From: Kiritimatiellia bacterium
GTDB lineage: Bacteria; Verrucomicrobiota; Kiritimatiellia; RFP12; JBMNHG01
Assembly: GCA_050950285.1 (NCBI GenBank)
Contig: JBMNHG010000003.1
Coordinates: forward strand, 372,001 to 428,336
Direction of reading: 5' to 3'
DNA: 56,336 nucleotides
In this document: positions 8,454 to 17,958 of the stretch, piece by piece
Numbering within the stretch: the stretch's first letter is position 1
How the letters are laid out: every line of letters begins with the position of its first letter
The notes under the pieces: generated by a model
Databases searched by the model: none
Told to the model about the DNA's origin: nothing
What the model saw: only the letters and a program-made list of their open reading frames with translations
Program-made: the position numbers and the translations under genes

Positions 8454-9416
8454 TCACTCCTCCTCCAGGAGCGCGAGGGCGCGTCGGGCGCGTCCGGCGA
8501 ACGGCGACCCGGGATGGTCGGAGAGGATGCGGCGGAGCAGGGCCGCGGCATCCCCCCGGCGGTCTTCCTCGATGGCGATCCAGGCCTGCATGAAGCGGAT
8601 TTCCGGGCGGTCGGCGAGGAGCCCCGGGTCGGCTTCGGCTTCGGCGAGGGTTTCGGAGGCGCGCCCGAAATCGCCCGCCTGGGCGAGGGCGAAGGCCTTC
8701 ACGAGGCGGGCGCGGCCGGCCAGGGCGGGGAAGCGCTCCGCCGCGGAGTCCGCCTGCTCCGCCGCCAGGCCGAAGCGGCCGTCGAGGAAGTGCCGGCGGG
8801 CGGACTGGATCGCGATCTCGCCCGCGAGGGTTCCGTCGCGGCCGGCGGCCCACCGTTCCAGCGCGGCGAGGCGCGACGGCGCGTCGGGTCCGGGGAAGGT
8901 CCCGAGGAGGGCGGCGAACACGTCGTCGCGGGAGAAGCGGCCGGGATCCAGGAGGAGGGCGGCCAGAGGCTCGCGGGAGGAGGGGAGGCGCGGGTCGACG
9001 AGGCCGTCGCGGATGCCCTCGAACAGGAGGCGCCCGCCGGCGGCGGCGGCGATCGCGGGGGGCGGGCGGATCCCGAGGTCCGCCGGAAGGGCGCTCCGGG
9101 GGCCCAGGGGAGGGGGAGGGGGCGCGATGCCCGCCGGGGGCGCGGAGGCCCGTACGGGCGGGGGCGCCACGGGGAAGGCCCGGATGGCGGGAAGGCCCGC
9201 CGGAGGGGGTGGCGGCGCCATGCGCGGGAGGTCCGGGACGGGGAAGTCCGCGGCGGGGGCTGCGGGGAGGGGGATGTCCGGGAGGCGGCGGACGGCCCCC
9301 GGCCGCTCCAGCGACGCCAGGAGCTGCCGCTCGAAGCGGGCGAAGACGGCGGCGGCGCCCGCCGCCGGGAGGAGGACGGCGGGCAGCAGCGCGGCGATGG
9401 TGGCCCGGCGGATCAT
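8454..9416 (-). CDS. Secreted Pro-rich protein with C-terminal TPR-like repeats
   Basis: Signal-like MIRRATIAALLPAVLLPAAGAAA; TPR-type end AAALLRRILSDHPGSPFAGRARRAL; ATG overlaps the upstream stop. Confidence 0.75.
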   Translation of the reverse strand: MIRRATIAALLPAVLLPAAGAAAVFARFERQLLASLERPGAVRRLPDIPLPAAPAADFPVPDLPRMAPPPPPAGLPAIRAFPVAPPPVRASAPPAGIAPPPPPLGPRSALPADLGIRPPPAIAAAAGGRLLFEGIRDGLVDPRLPSSREPLAALLLDPGRFSRDDVFAALLGTFPGPDAPSRLAALERWAAGRDGTLAGEIAIQSARRHFLDGRFGLAAEQADSAAERFPALAGRARLVKAFALAQAGDFGRASETLAEAEADPGLLADRPEIRFMQAWIAIEEDRRGDAAALLRRILSDHPGSPFAGRARRALALLEEE

Positions 9417-10942
9417 TCCGAGGCCGCCTCCTTCCCGGCGGGTTCCGGGGCGGGCGCGCCGCAGGCGAGGCGCGCGCGGGCCTCGGGGAAGGGGTCGGCG
9501 ATGTCGTCCGCGGTTCCTCCGGCGCCGTCCGCGCCCTGCGGGCCGTGGAGAAGGAAGGAGACCATGCGTGCGGAAAGCGCCTCGTCTCGCAGGAGGACGA
9601 GGACGGGGTAGGCCGCGGCCTGGGCGCACGCGCGGAGGTCCTCCTCCCTCATCGGGCAGACGGCGAAGGCGGCGGCCGCGCTGTCGAGAGAGTCGGCCGG
9701 ACGGTCGAGCCAGAGGAGGAGCCGCGCCCGCTCGAGATGGCGCTGGAAGGCGGCGGACGGAGGAACGGGTCCGAGGGAGCCGAGGACCGCGGCCCGATCC
9801 GCGTCGTCCGCCGCGGGGATCTCCAGGAGGGGGTTGGACGCCGCCGGCCCCTCCGTATGGAAGGCGATGAGGGCGGCGGCCCGGCCCAGGTTGCCGTCCG
9901 CCGTCTTGAAGGCCCGGGCGGCAAGGTCGACCGCCGCGGCGTACCCCCGCGGGGAGGCGGAAAGCGCGAAGGCGCGGCACTCCTTCAGGGCTTCGTCCGG
10001 GCGCCCGAGGGCCAGCAGAAGCTCGACCGCCTCGGGCGACACCCGCTCCACCATGGACTGGAAGCGGACGGCGTCCGGGGCGGTCGCCGGGACCTTGCCC
10101 CGGAGCAGCGACACGCACCGCTCCAGCCGCTCCGGGCCCGGGGCCGCGTCGACGATCTTCCGGGCGATCCCGGAGGGAGGGATCCCGTCGCGTTCCAGGA
10201 CCGCCGCCATCGCGTCGGCCGCATCCCCGCCGCGCCCCTCGCCCAGGGCGATCCGGTAGCGGACTTCGCACGCCTGCGCGAAGACCGCCGGGGGGACGGC
10301 TCCGCCAAGGGCCTCCACCTCGTCCGCGCGGGCGAGGGCGCCGGCGTCGTCCCCTGCGGCGCTCCGCGCGACGGCCGACGCCGCCAGGGCGGAGGCGAGG
10401 GTCTCGGGGTCGTCGCCGGGGAGCAGGGGGATCTGCTCGGAAAGCAGCCTGTCCGCATCGGCCGGATTCGACAGGCGCGTGGACAGGAGCCCCGCCGCCT
10501 TGGACGCCAGCCCGTAGCGCGACTTGCCGGAGAAGCCCGCCTCCGGCCCGAGAACCCCCTCCAGGACCTCCAGCGCACCCGCCACGTCGTTGCCCGAGGC
10601 AAGCCAGTCGGCGAAATGCCCGGCAAGGGCCGCGCGCCGCCCGGGGTCCGCGGAGGCGATGCATCCGCGGCACAGGGAGGAGAAGGGATCCGCATCCCCC
10701 AGGACGCGCGCCGCCTTCCCGGCGTTCGCCACCAGGAAGGGGAGGTCGCCCGCCGGCGCCGAGGCGATGCGGTTGGTCATCCACCCATAGGCGGCGCGGC
10801 GCGCGCCGTCGTCCTCCGCCTTCTGGAAGGCCTCCCACGCCCTGGGCGCGGAGTCGAAGACGGGGGGTTGCGCCGATACCGCCAGCGGGATGATGGACGA
10901 CGCGAAGACCAGGAGACCAAGCGAACGGGGGTTTCCAACCAT
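9413..10942 (-). CDS. Secreted alpha-helical repeat (TPR-like) protein
   Basis: Signal-like MVGNPRSLGLLVFASSIIPLAVSA after a GGAGAG RBS; Ala/Leu-rich helical repeats such as LLLALGRPDEALKEC and RARLLLWLDRPADS. Confidence 0.72.
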   Translation of the reverse strand: MVGNPRSLGLLVFASSIIPLAVSAQPPVFDSAPRAWEAFQKAEDDGARRAAYGWMTNRIASAPAGDLPFLVANAGKAARVLGDADPFSSLCRGCIASADPGRRAALAGHFADWLASGNDVAGALEVLEGVLGPEAGFSGKSRYGLASKAAGLLSTRLSNPADADRLLSEQIPLLPGDDPETLASALAASAVARSAAGDDAGALARADEVEALGGAVPPAVFAQACEVRYRIALGEGRGGDAADAMAAVLERDGIPPSGIARKIVDAAPGPERLERCVSLLRGKVPATAPDAVRFQSMVERVSPEAVELLLALGRPDEALKECRAFALSASPRGYAAAVDLAARAFKTADGNLGRAAALIAFHTEGPAASNPLLEIPAADDADRAAVLGSLGPVPPSAAFQRHLERARLLLWLDRPADSLDSAAAAFAVCPMREEDLRACAQAAAYPVLVLLRDEALSARMVSFLLHGPQGADGAGGTADDIADPFPEARARLACGAPAPEPAGKEAASE

Positions 10943-11050
10943 CTCTCTCCTCTTTGCCATGCCGCGGACGGCCCGCGCGGGAAGGTGGCCCGCGGCCAGG
11001 ACGGGGACGGCGAAGCGACCGTCGCCATCGCACTGCCCCACGATGGAGAA

Positions 11051-11059
11051 ATCGTATCA
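11051..11059 (-). promoter_or_regulatory. Putative extended -10 promoter (TG-n-TACGAT) of the Rhs1 cluster
   Basis: TGATACGAT on the minus strand about 110 nt upstream of the first ATG; same TGnTAnnnT pattern as upstream of hom, gspD, the CapD-like gene and the GH95-like gene. Confidence 0.45.
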
Positions 11060-11096
11060 GGCGACCCCCGGATGCGCAAGGGGAAATCGTATTCGG

Positions 11097-11730
11097 CCAG
11101 CAATTCTAATTTCGGGTGTGATCGGGGGATGGATGGTTTTTAGGGAGTTGTTGTTTGGGAGCATGGATAGCCGCTTGACAGTGGTTTTGGAAGCGTTCCG
11201 GTGTTGTTCCGGATGGGATGCCGGGGGATTCCGCTGCGGCGCGCGTCGCGTGACAACCGGGGAAGCGCGCAGTTCCGCGTTTGCACGCCTTGAGTTCGGC
11301 AGGGGTGCGGTGCGGATCGCGGTGTTTTGCCGTGTCAGCGCTTTCGTCCGGCATAGCGCCGGATGAGTCCTTTGGATGTCGCGTCCATGCCGGCCGGCGA
11401 GTTCGAGGACGGTGTGCGCCAGGAACGCGAGGATGTTGAGGGCCGCCAGCGTGTTGGACAGGTGTTCCTTGCCGTGCCCGCCATCGCCGGTGACCGCCAG
11501 ATAGAAGCGCGGCCCGTGCCGCCGGCCGCCGTGGCAGGCGCAGTTCTTCCGCGAACAGGTCGAGTAACGCCGGACAAGCGACCCGTTTAGCAGATCGCGC
11601 AGCGACGCCATTCCGGCGAGCAGCGCGTCGCGTTGCTCCCTAAGCGACATGGTCTCTTTGTTCATGCCCACGGCATAGAGCACGTTTCATGCACTATGCA
11701 ACAGCAAAAAACCAAAATTCGAATTGCTGG
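11097..11730 (-). mobile_element. Internally deleted, non-autonomous IS (ISNCY-like with DUF6788-type accessory gene)
   Basis: Terminal inverted repeats ccagcaattctaatttcgg (11097-11115) and ccagcaattcgaattttgg (reverse complement of 11712-11730), 17/19 identical. The inner ORF fuses CSRKNCACHGGRRHGPRFYL to a transposase-tail-like GHGKEHLSNTLAALNILAFLAHTVLEL. Confidence 0.8.
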
Positions 11731-11800
11731 ATTGGCTTGATCGCGTGCCGACATTCGGCTACCATGAAACAAGCCCGATGTCGTGTGCGACCGGTCATCC

Positions 11801-12709
11801 ATGAACACCCAATCGCCAGCAGAAACCACATCCTCCGAGGAAAGGGCCGCGCGCTATTTCACCTCCCTGGACGGGGGTGGGGTGGCCTGCGCGCTCTGCC
11901 CGCGAGCGTGCCGGATTCCGCCCGGCGGCACAGGCGCCTGCCGGGTCCGGCGCAACGAGGAGGGCACGCTCATCGCCGACACCTATGGGAAACCGGCGGC
12001 GGTGCACGTCGACCCGATCGAGAAGAAGCCGCTGTCCTGGTTCCTGCCCGGCAGCAAGACCTTCTCCATCGGAACCTACGGCTGCAACCTCGCCTGCCGC
12101 TTCTGCCAGAACGACGAACTGTCGCGCCACGGCGGGCAACTCCAGCGCGCGCTTCCGTTTGTTCCGCCGGAGCAGATCGTCGCGCTGGCGCAGCGCCACG
12201 CCTGCCGGTCCGTCGCCTTCACCTACAACGAGCCCACGGTCTTTTTCGAGTACATGCTCGACATCGCCAAACTGGCCCGGGCAGCCGGACTGAAAACCGT
12301 CCTGGTCACCAATGGCTACATCAACCCCAAGCCCCGCGCCGAACTCTTTCCCTGGATCGACGCGGCCAACATCGACATCAAGGCCTTTTCCGAAACCTTC
12401 TATGCCGATCTCTGCGGCGCCAGCCTGGCGCCCGTATTGGCCAGTTGCCGCGCCTTCCAACACGACTTCGGCGGACACCTGGAAATCACCAACCTGCTGA
12501 TCCCCAACCGCAACGATGCCCCCGGAACGATCATCGAACTGCTGGACTGGATCGCCGATGCGCTGGGAAGCGACACGCCGGTCCACTTCACCGCCTACTA
12601 TCCCCGCGGCGGATTTGAGGAGCCCCCGACCCCGCCTGCGACGGTGCGGCACGCGGTCGATCTGGCGCTCCAGCGCGGCTTCACCCGGGTCCGTGCGGGC
12701 AACATCTGA
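11801..12709 (+). CDS. amrS: AmmeMemoRadiSam system radical SAM enzyme
   Basis: CALCPRAC, GACRVR, DPIEKKPL, CNLACRFCQN, FTYNEPT, TNGYI, NIDIKAF. Confidence 0.92.
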   Translation: MNTQSPAETTSSEERAARYFTSLDGGGVACALCPRACRIPPGGTGACRVRRNEEGTLIADTYGKPAAVHVDPIEKKPLSWFLPGSKTFSIGTYGCNLACRFCQNDELSRHGGQLQRALPFVPPEQIVALAQRHACRSVAFTYNEPTVFFEYMLDIAKLARAAGLKTVLVTNGYINPKPRAELFPWIDAANIDIKAFSETFYADLCGASLAPVLASCRAFQHDFGGHLEITNLLIPNRNDAPGTIIELLDWIADALGSDTPVHFTAYYPRGGFEEPPTPPATVRHAVDLALQRGFTRVRAGNI

Positions 12710-13228
12710 CGCATCGCGTCCTCGCAGCGCGCGCTGCGCCTGCACCTCATGCGATGCAGGAAGGCCGGCCCATCCCAGCAGTTCGATGATCGTTCCGGAG
12801 GCGTCGTCGCTCGTGTACTCCAGTGGCGAGGAGCCGCAAAACGGTCCAGCAGACCCTCGGTCTTCCGGCAGCAAGCGAAGAACATTGCGGACCCCCATCG
12901 GCATCGCTTCACGTCGGCGTCCCAGTTCACCTCGAAACATCCGGTGGCTCCCCGGCGCGGTCCTGCGATCTTTGCTTGATCCGGAAGCGCCCCTGTGCCA
13001 TCATTCGCATGCGTAACGGCACCGTTCATCCCATGCTCTTTTCCAAGTTTAAGACGAATCGCCCGACGTTGTCCTTCTGGCAGATCATAACCCGAATGAT
13101 CAATGTGGGTGGCATGTCAAACGGTTGTCAGGCGGATCCTTCGCGGAAGGGTACGTTGCAAACGGGAAAGCTGCGGCGGTGCTCCTTTCGGGCAATACCT
13201 CCGGGGATAAAAACTCTGGGCAAGAACC

Positions 13229-14170
13229 GTGAGTAAATTTTTGTCTGTCATAATAGCGAATTATAATTATGGGCGTTTCCTTTCGGAAGCGGTCGAGTCG
13301 CTGCTGGCGCAATCATGCCAAGATTTTGAGATCATAATTTGTGATGCGGCAAGTACGGACAATTCAGTCGATGTGATTACGAAGTACGCCGGCGGCTTGC
13401 CCCCGAATACGGAAAGAGAATCCTCAAACGAGCATTTTGATCTCGCGCCTTCTCCGATAACCTATTGGTGCTCCGAGAAAGACGGCGGGCAAAGCGCTGC
13501 CTTTAACAAGGGCTTTTCACATGCGCACGGGCGTTTTCTGACTTGGTTAAACGCAGACGATGTGATGCTTCCTGGTACGATCGAGCGATTGAAGCGCGCC
13601 GCGGAGAAGTTCCCGTCGTGCGAGTGGTTTGTGGGTGGCGTTTTGTGGCTGGATCCGGAGATGAGGATTCTCAATTGCGGGCGGGGACGACCATTTTCGG
13701 AAATCAGATATCGGGAGGGGAATGTCAGTGTTTGGGGCCCGAGTTCTTTTTTCACCAAGCGTCTTTTGGACGCCGTCGGCGGTGTGGACGAGCGCTTTCA
13801 CTATACGATGGATACGGATCTTTGGCTGCGGTTCGCGAGCAAGGCTGGCGCGCGGTATCGCCCGTTTTGCGATTATGCCTGGGGATTGAGGCTGCACCCA
13901 GACGCGAAGATGAGCGGACACAACTTCCTGGCGGATGGAAGGATTGACACGTCACGCCCGCAGGAGCAACGGCGCGCTTGTAGTAAGCACAGAGATCAGA
14001 TGGATCAGGAATCAGAATGGCGTAAAGAATATTTCCACGCTCGCAAGGGGAACCGCATAACACATTTGCTGTCGGCATCATGGCTTAATGTGCTCCGCGC
14101 ACGGATCGATTTGTTGCGATGGCGGAACAAATGCCTGAGCTCTGTCATTGGGAAATGGGGTAATGAATGA
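13229..14170 (+). CDS. Glycosyltransferase family 2
   Basis: SVIIANYNYGRFL, DAASTDNS, EKDGGQSAAFNKG, WLNADD, MDTDLWLR; GTG start. Confidence 0.93.
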   Translation: MSKFLSVIIANYNYGRFLSEAVESLLAQSCQDFEIIICDAASTDNSVDVITKYAGGLPPNTERESSNEHFDLAPSPITYWCSEKDGGQSAAFNKGFSHAHGRFLTWLNADDVMLPGTIERLKRAAEKFPSCEWFVGGVLWLDPEMRILNCGRGRPFSEIRYREGNVSVWGPSSFFTKRLLDAVGGVDERFHYTMDTDLWLRFASKAGARYRPFCDYAWGLRLHPDAKMSGHNFLADGRIDTSRPQEQRRACSKHRDQMDQESEWRKEYFHARKGNRITHLLSASWLNVLRARIDLLRWRNKCLSSVIGKWGNE

Positions 14171-15303
14171 GAGTCGCTTTTATCTCAAACCACCCCGCTC
14201 CGTATCGTGATGCATTTCTTTCTCGCCTTGTTTCGGCGATGCAAGGACAGTTGACCGTGTTCTCGGAACTGCCTTGTGATACTGGACATCCCTTTTGGGA
14301 ATTGGACAAGCCTGATTATGTGGCGGAGGTTTTGGTTCCAGCGGGGACGGCAAAAACGACGGCTTGTTATGTGTTTATGAGACGTTTTGTCTTTGGCCCA
14401 TACGACTTTGTCATGTGGCCGGGCATCATGAAGCCCTACATCATTATTCCGCTGATTGTAAGTGCCGTGCTTGGTCGGAAATATGGATTTGTTGCGGATA
14501 CCGTTCGACAACGGCGTATTCCGGTGTGGGCAAGATGGATCAAGTCGTTTATCGTTCATCGGGCTTCCATGATCTTTGTGCCTGGTGCTGCCGGGCGAGC
14601 TTTTTGGATGAATGAATATGGGGTTTCAGCAGAGCGAATTTGTGTTGGCGCCTATGCTTTGGACGGCGAGGACCTTGAACGGAAGATTTTAGATAAACGC
14701 GCGGCGGAAAAGGGGCGCTTGCGAATGGAGATTCGCGCGGGCATTGGTGTATCTCCGGAAGATACGATGTACCTGATGGTTGCAAACATGATTCCCACGA
14801 GACATTATCCGATAACCACAGAAGGGTTTTTAAAATTTCACGAGAAACATGGTCAAAGCAAGTTTGTAATTGTCGGCCGAGGGCCAGATCTGGAAACCAT
14901 GCAGCTGCTTGCCAAGACGAATCCGGCAATAATTGTTATCCCAGGATGTTCGTTTGCAGAAATGTTGGATCTATATGTGGCCGCAGATGTGTATGTCCAT
15001 GGAGGTTGCGAGCCTGCTTCCACCGCACTGGTAGTCGGAGCGATTGCCCACCTGCCATTATTGACAAGTGAAGCGGTCGGCTGTTCCCATGATTGCCTCG
15101 AGGATGGACAGTCCGGCTTCTCTGTTGTATCATACTTGGATCCAGATTCATGGCATCAAGCTTTTGAAAAACTGTTCCTGCATAGAGAGCGATGGGGGGC
15201 TATGGGCGACGTCGCAAGGGATCGCTCACGAGCCTTGGACGTTTCGACGTGTGTGAACGATTTTATATCAAAGATTCAATCGTCGATACACGAGAGAGGC
15301 TGA
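14167..15303 (+). CDS. Glycosyltransferase family 4 (GT-B fold), divergent
   Basis: NHPAPYR, FVIVGRGPD, LYVAADVYV, EPASTALVVGA, TSEAVGC; ATGA overlap with the GT2 gene. Confidence 0.82.
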   Translation: MRVAFISNHPAPYRDAFLSRLVSAMQGQLTVFSELPCDTGHPFWELDKPDYVAEVLVPAGTAKTTACYVFMRRFVFGPYDFVMWPGIMKPYIIIPLIVSAVLGRKYGFVADTVRQRRIPVWARWIKSFIVHRASMIFVPGAAGRAFWMNEYGVSAERICVGAYALDGEDLERKILDKRAAEKGRLRMEIRAGIGVSPEDTMYLMVANMIPTRHYPITTEGFLKFHEKHGQSKFVIVGRGPDLETMQLLAKTNPAIIVIPGCSFAEMLDLYVAADVYVHGGCEPASTALVVGAIAHLPLLTSEAVGCSHDCLEDGQSGFSVVSYLDPDSWHQAFEKLFLHRERWGAMGDVARDRSRALDVSTCVNDFISKIQSSIHERG

Positions 15304-15401
15304 GGCACGATGTCGATTCGTACGATATCATCTTCTGGTTTCACGGCAAAGGCTTGATCAAGGTTTGAGATCTACAACGTTGTCGGCCTTCAAGAGGAAA
15401 G

Positions 15402-16727
15402 ATGAGTACTATGTACATCCGTTTCTGTTCCAACATGATGTTTGCGTTCAAAGAGCTTTGGATGCATCCTGGGCTAGGGAAGACGCTCGAGTCTCAAATG
15501 CAGAACGACAGCATGACTCGCGACCAGATCGTAGAACTGCAGCAAGACAAACTGAAGCGGCTTTTGTCGCATGCCGCCCAAACCGTGCCTTATTATCGCG
15601 AATATTTTTCCCACAAGAAACATGATTTGACCTGTCTTTCACTTGGCGACTTCCCCGTTGTCGGGAAGAATGATATCCGTGGACACGAAAAAGACTTTGT
15701 GTCGGATGTGTATGATATGAGGGAGCTCGTCCGCAATCGAACTAGCGGCAGCACGGGAGAGCCTTTTATGTTTTTCAGGAAAAAGGACGAGCTTGTGATA
15801 TCGTATGCGGATTTGTGGCGAGGCCTGGCGCGTTTCGGCATTCGACCAGGAGACAAGCGCGTGTTGGTAAAAGGGGTTGACGAGGGACGGCAAGTGTCGG
15901 TTCCGAAACGCATGAAGCGTTTCATCTACGGCTGGATGAATCGCTGTTTGTTGATTGACGCCCACTTTCTCGCGGCGAGCCCTGGCCATATCGGGGAAGT
16001 GATTCGTCGGATCGTGAGGTATCGTCCGTCCTATTTTCATGGTTATGCGTCCTCGATTTGCGATATTGCGCTGTACGCCGAATCCCATGGTATCGACATG
16101 CGGAGCTTGAACCTGAAGGCGGTTGTAACGGAATCCGAGAAGCTCTACGATTTTCAAAGGGAGGTGCTGAGTCGAGTCTTCGCATGCCCGGTTGTGGAGA
16201 ATTACGGCTCGGTCGAATTCGGCATGATTGCCCAGCCTTCACGCGATGGAGAGCTTTGTATCAATGAGGATCATGTCTTTGTTGAAACGGATACAGATGG
16301 CTCGGCAATAATCACGAACCTTGACGCCTATGCCTTCCCTCTGATCCGCTTCAAGAATGGCGACGCACTGGAATTGGGAGGGCTTTCCAAGACGTTGCCA
16401 TATCGGACGATCAAAAAAATTGAGGGGCGCATGGCCGAACGCATCAAGCTCCCGAACGGGGGTTATTTGCAGGGCTTTGTCGTCATGTATCCGATTTATA
16501 CATTCGGGAAATACATTCAGGCCTATCAGGTACACCAAACGGATCTGGAGCATGTTGTCCTTCGAATCGTAGAGCGCGACAAAATGCCGGAATCCATTTT
16601 ACTTGAAATCACGGACGGAATGCTGAAACTTCTCGGGGATGAAGTTGATTTTAGGGTCGAGTTTGTGGAAAGCATTCCGCTGTCAAAGCGGGGCAAGCGC
16701 CTTTTTGTGTGTTCGGACGTACAATGA
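15402..16727 (+). CDS. CapK/phenylacetate-CoA-ligase-like adenylate-forming enzyme
   Basis: VPYYRE, TSGSTGEP, HGYASS, ENYGSVEFG, FPLIRFKNGD, IEGR, GKR near the C-terminus. Confidence 0.9.
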   Translation: MSTMYIRFCSNMMFAFKELWMHPGLGKTLESQMQNDSMTRDQIVELQQDKLKRLLSHAAQTVPYYREYFSHKKHDLTCLSLGDFPVVGKNDIRGHEKDFVSDVYDMRELVRNRTSGSTGEPFMFFRKKDELVISYADLWRGLARFGIRPGDKRVLVKGVDEGRQVSVPKRMKRFIYGWMNRCLLIDAHFLAASPGHIGEVIRRIVRYRPSYFHGYASSICDIALYAESHGIDMRSLNLKAVVTESEKLYDFQREVLSRVFACPVVENYGSVEFGMIAQPSRDGELCINEDHVFVETDTDGSAIITNLDAYAFPLIRFKNGDALELGGLSKTLPYRTIKKIEGRMAERIKLPNGGYLQGFVVMYPIYTFGKYIQAYQVHQTDLEHVVLRIVERDKMPESILLEITDGMLKLLGDEVDFRVEFVESIPLSKRGKRLFVCSDVQ

Positions 16728-17938
16728 CGGAGGTGTTTATGAATGTGACTATCGTTGGCGGGGGCAATAGCGCGCATGTCGCGATCGCAATGCTGTCTGC
16801 GACGGGTTATCATGTTTCGCTGCTGACACGACATGTTGAAAAGTGGCAAAACGTTGTCACGGCTGAGTATCAACGTTCTGATGGCAGCGTTGTTTCCGAG
16901 ACAAAAGGGCACCTGGAAATGGTTTCGTCTGATCCGCAACAGGTTATCCCTCATGCCGATTTGATCCTGTTTTGCCTCCCGGTTGCTAAATATCGACTGA
17001 AACTCGATGAAATCGGGCCGCATATCGACAACAAAAGGCTTGTTGTTGTGGCTTCGGTGTATGGACAGGCGGGTTTCAACTGGATGGTTGAAGAGATGAA
17101 GGAAAAGTATGCCTTGGATAAAGTCGCTTACTTTTCTTACGGCCTAATTCCATGGATTGCGCGCACGAAAGATTATGGGCGCCGCGGGATTACATATGGA
17201 GGCAAGCAGGTAAACGTTGTCGCTCAATCTCATGGATTTGATGTGCTGGATTGGGCTCCAACGCTTTTGGACGACCTTGGCACTCGGCTGTTTGGTTGTG
17301 GCGAGACGGTGGTTATAAACGATTTTATATCCTTGACCCTGTCTGTCGACAACCAGGTAATTCACCCATCGAGGTGTTACGGATTATATCAGGAAGCGCC
17401 TGAAGGATGGTCGCAATGCGAAGATGTCCCGCTTTTCTATCGTGATTATACGGATGAGTCGGCCGATTATCTTTCGCGTTTGGATCAAGATTTCGAAAGT
17501 GTCCGCGCCCGAATCCGTTCGATGTGTCCGAATCGGGAATTCAAGTATATGCTTAATTATCTTGACTTGGAACATGTGACATATAAGTCTCGGTCTACGT
17601 CCATTAAAGACTCATTTGTCAATTCCCCGACGCTTACGGCGATTTCCACTCCAGTTGAATTCAATGAGGTTACAAATCGCTGGGAATTGATTAAGCACCA
17701 TCGTTTTTTTAACGATGATACGCAATATGGCATTTGCATTGTTAAGTGGTTTGCGGATCAGTTGAAGATTGAGACCCCTATGATCGATGCCATTCTGCGC
17801 TGGGTCGAAGAGTTTAAGAATCAAAGATTTTTAAGCGATTCCAATCGGCTTTTACTTGACAGCCCTGATATTGTTGCGCCGTTTGCATCGGGGGTTCCGA
17901 TCGTATATGGATTTGCACGTGTCGAGGACGCCTTGTAG
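16724..17938 (+). CDS. NAD/NADP-dependent octopine/nopaline (opine) dehydrogenase family protein
   Basis: VTIVGGGNSAH Rossmann motif, PWIAR, NQVIHPSRCYG, PLFY, HRFFNDDTQYG, ETPMIDAILRW; ATG at 16724 overlaps the ligase stop. Confidence 0.85.
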   Translation: MTEVFMNVTIVGGGNSAHVAIAMLSATGYHVSLLTRHVEKWQNVVTAEYQRSDGSVVSETKGHLEMVSSDPQQVIPHADLILFCLPVAKYRLKLDEIGPHIDNKRLVVVASVYGQAGFNWMVEEMKEKYALDKVAYFSYGLIPWIARTKDYGRRGITYGGKQVNVVAQSHGFDVLDWAPTLLDDLGTRLFGCGETVVINDFISLTLSVDNQVIHPSRCYGLYQEAPEGWSQCEDVPLFYRDYTDESADYLSRLDQDFESVRARIRSMCPNREFKYMLNYLDLEHVTYKSRSTSIKDSFVNSPTLTAISTPVEFNEVTNRWELIKHHRFFNDDTQYGICIVKWFADQLKIETPMIDAILRWVEEFKNQRFLSDSNRLLLDSPDIVAPFASGVPIVYGFARVEDAL

Positions 17939-17958
17939 GACAGCATGATCGGGCTCTT

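Noticed and set aside
11057..11683. Functional 208-aa transposase
   Set aside because: No DDE core; it is a deletion chimera that reads through the element end.
12749..13228. Small genes between amrS and the GT2 gene
   Set aside because: Several overlapping short ORFs, none with a motif or convincing start; treated as intergenic or decayed.
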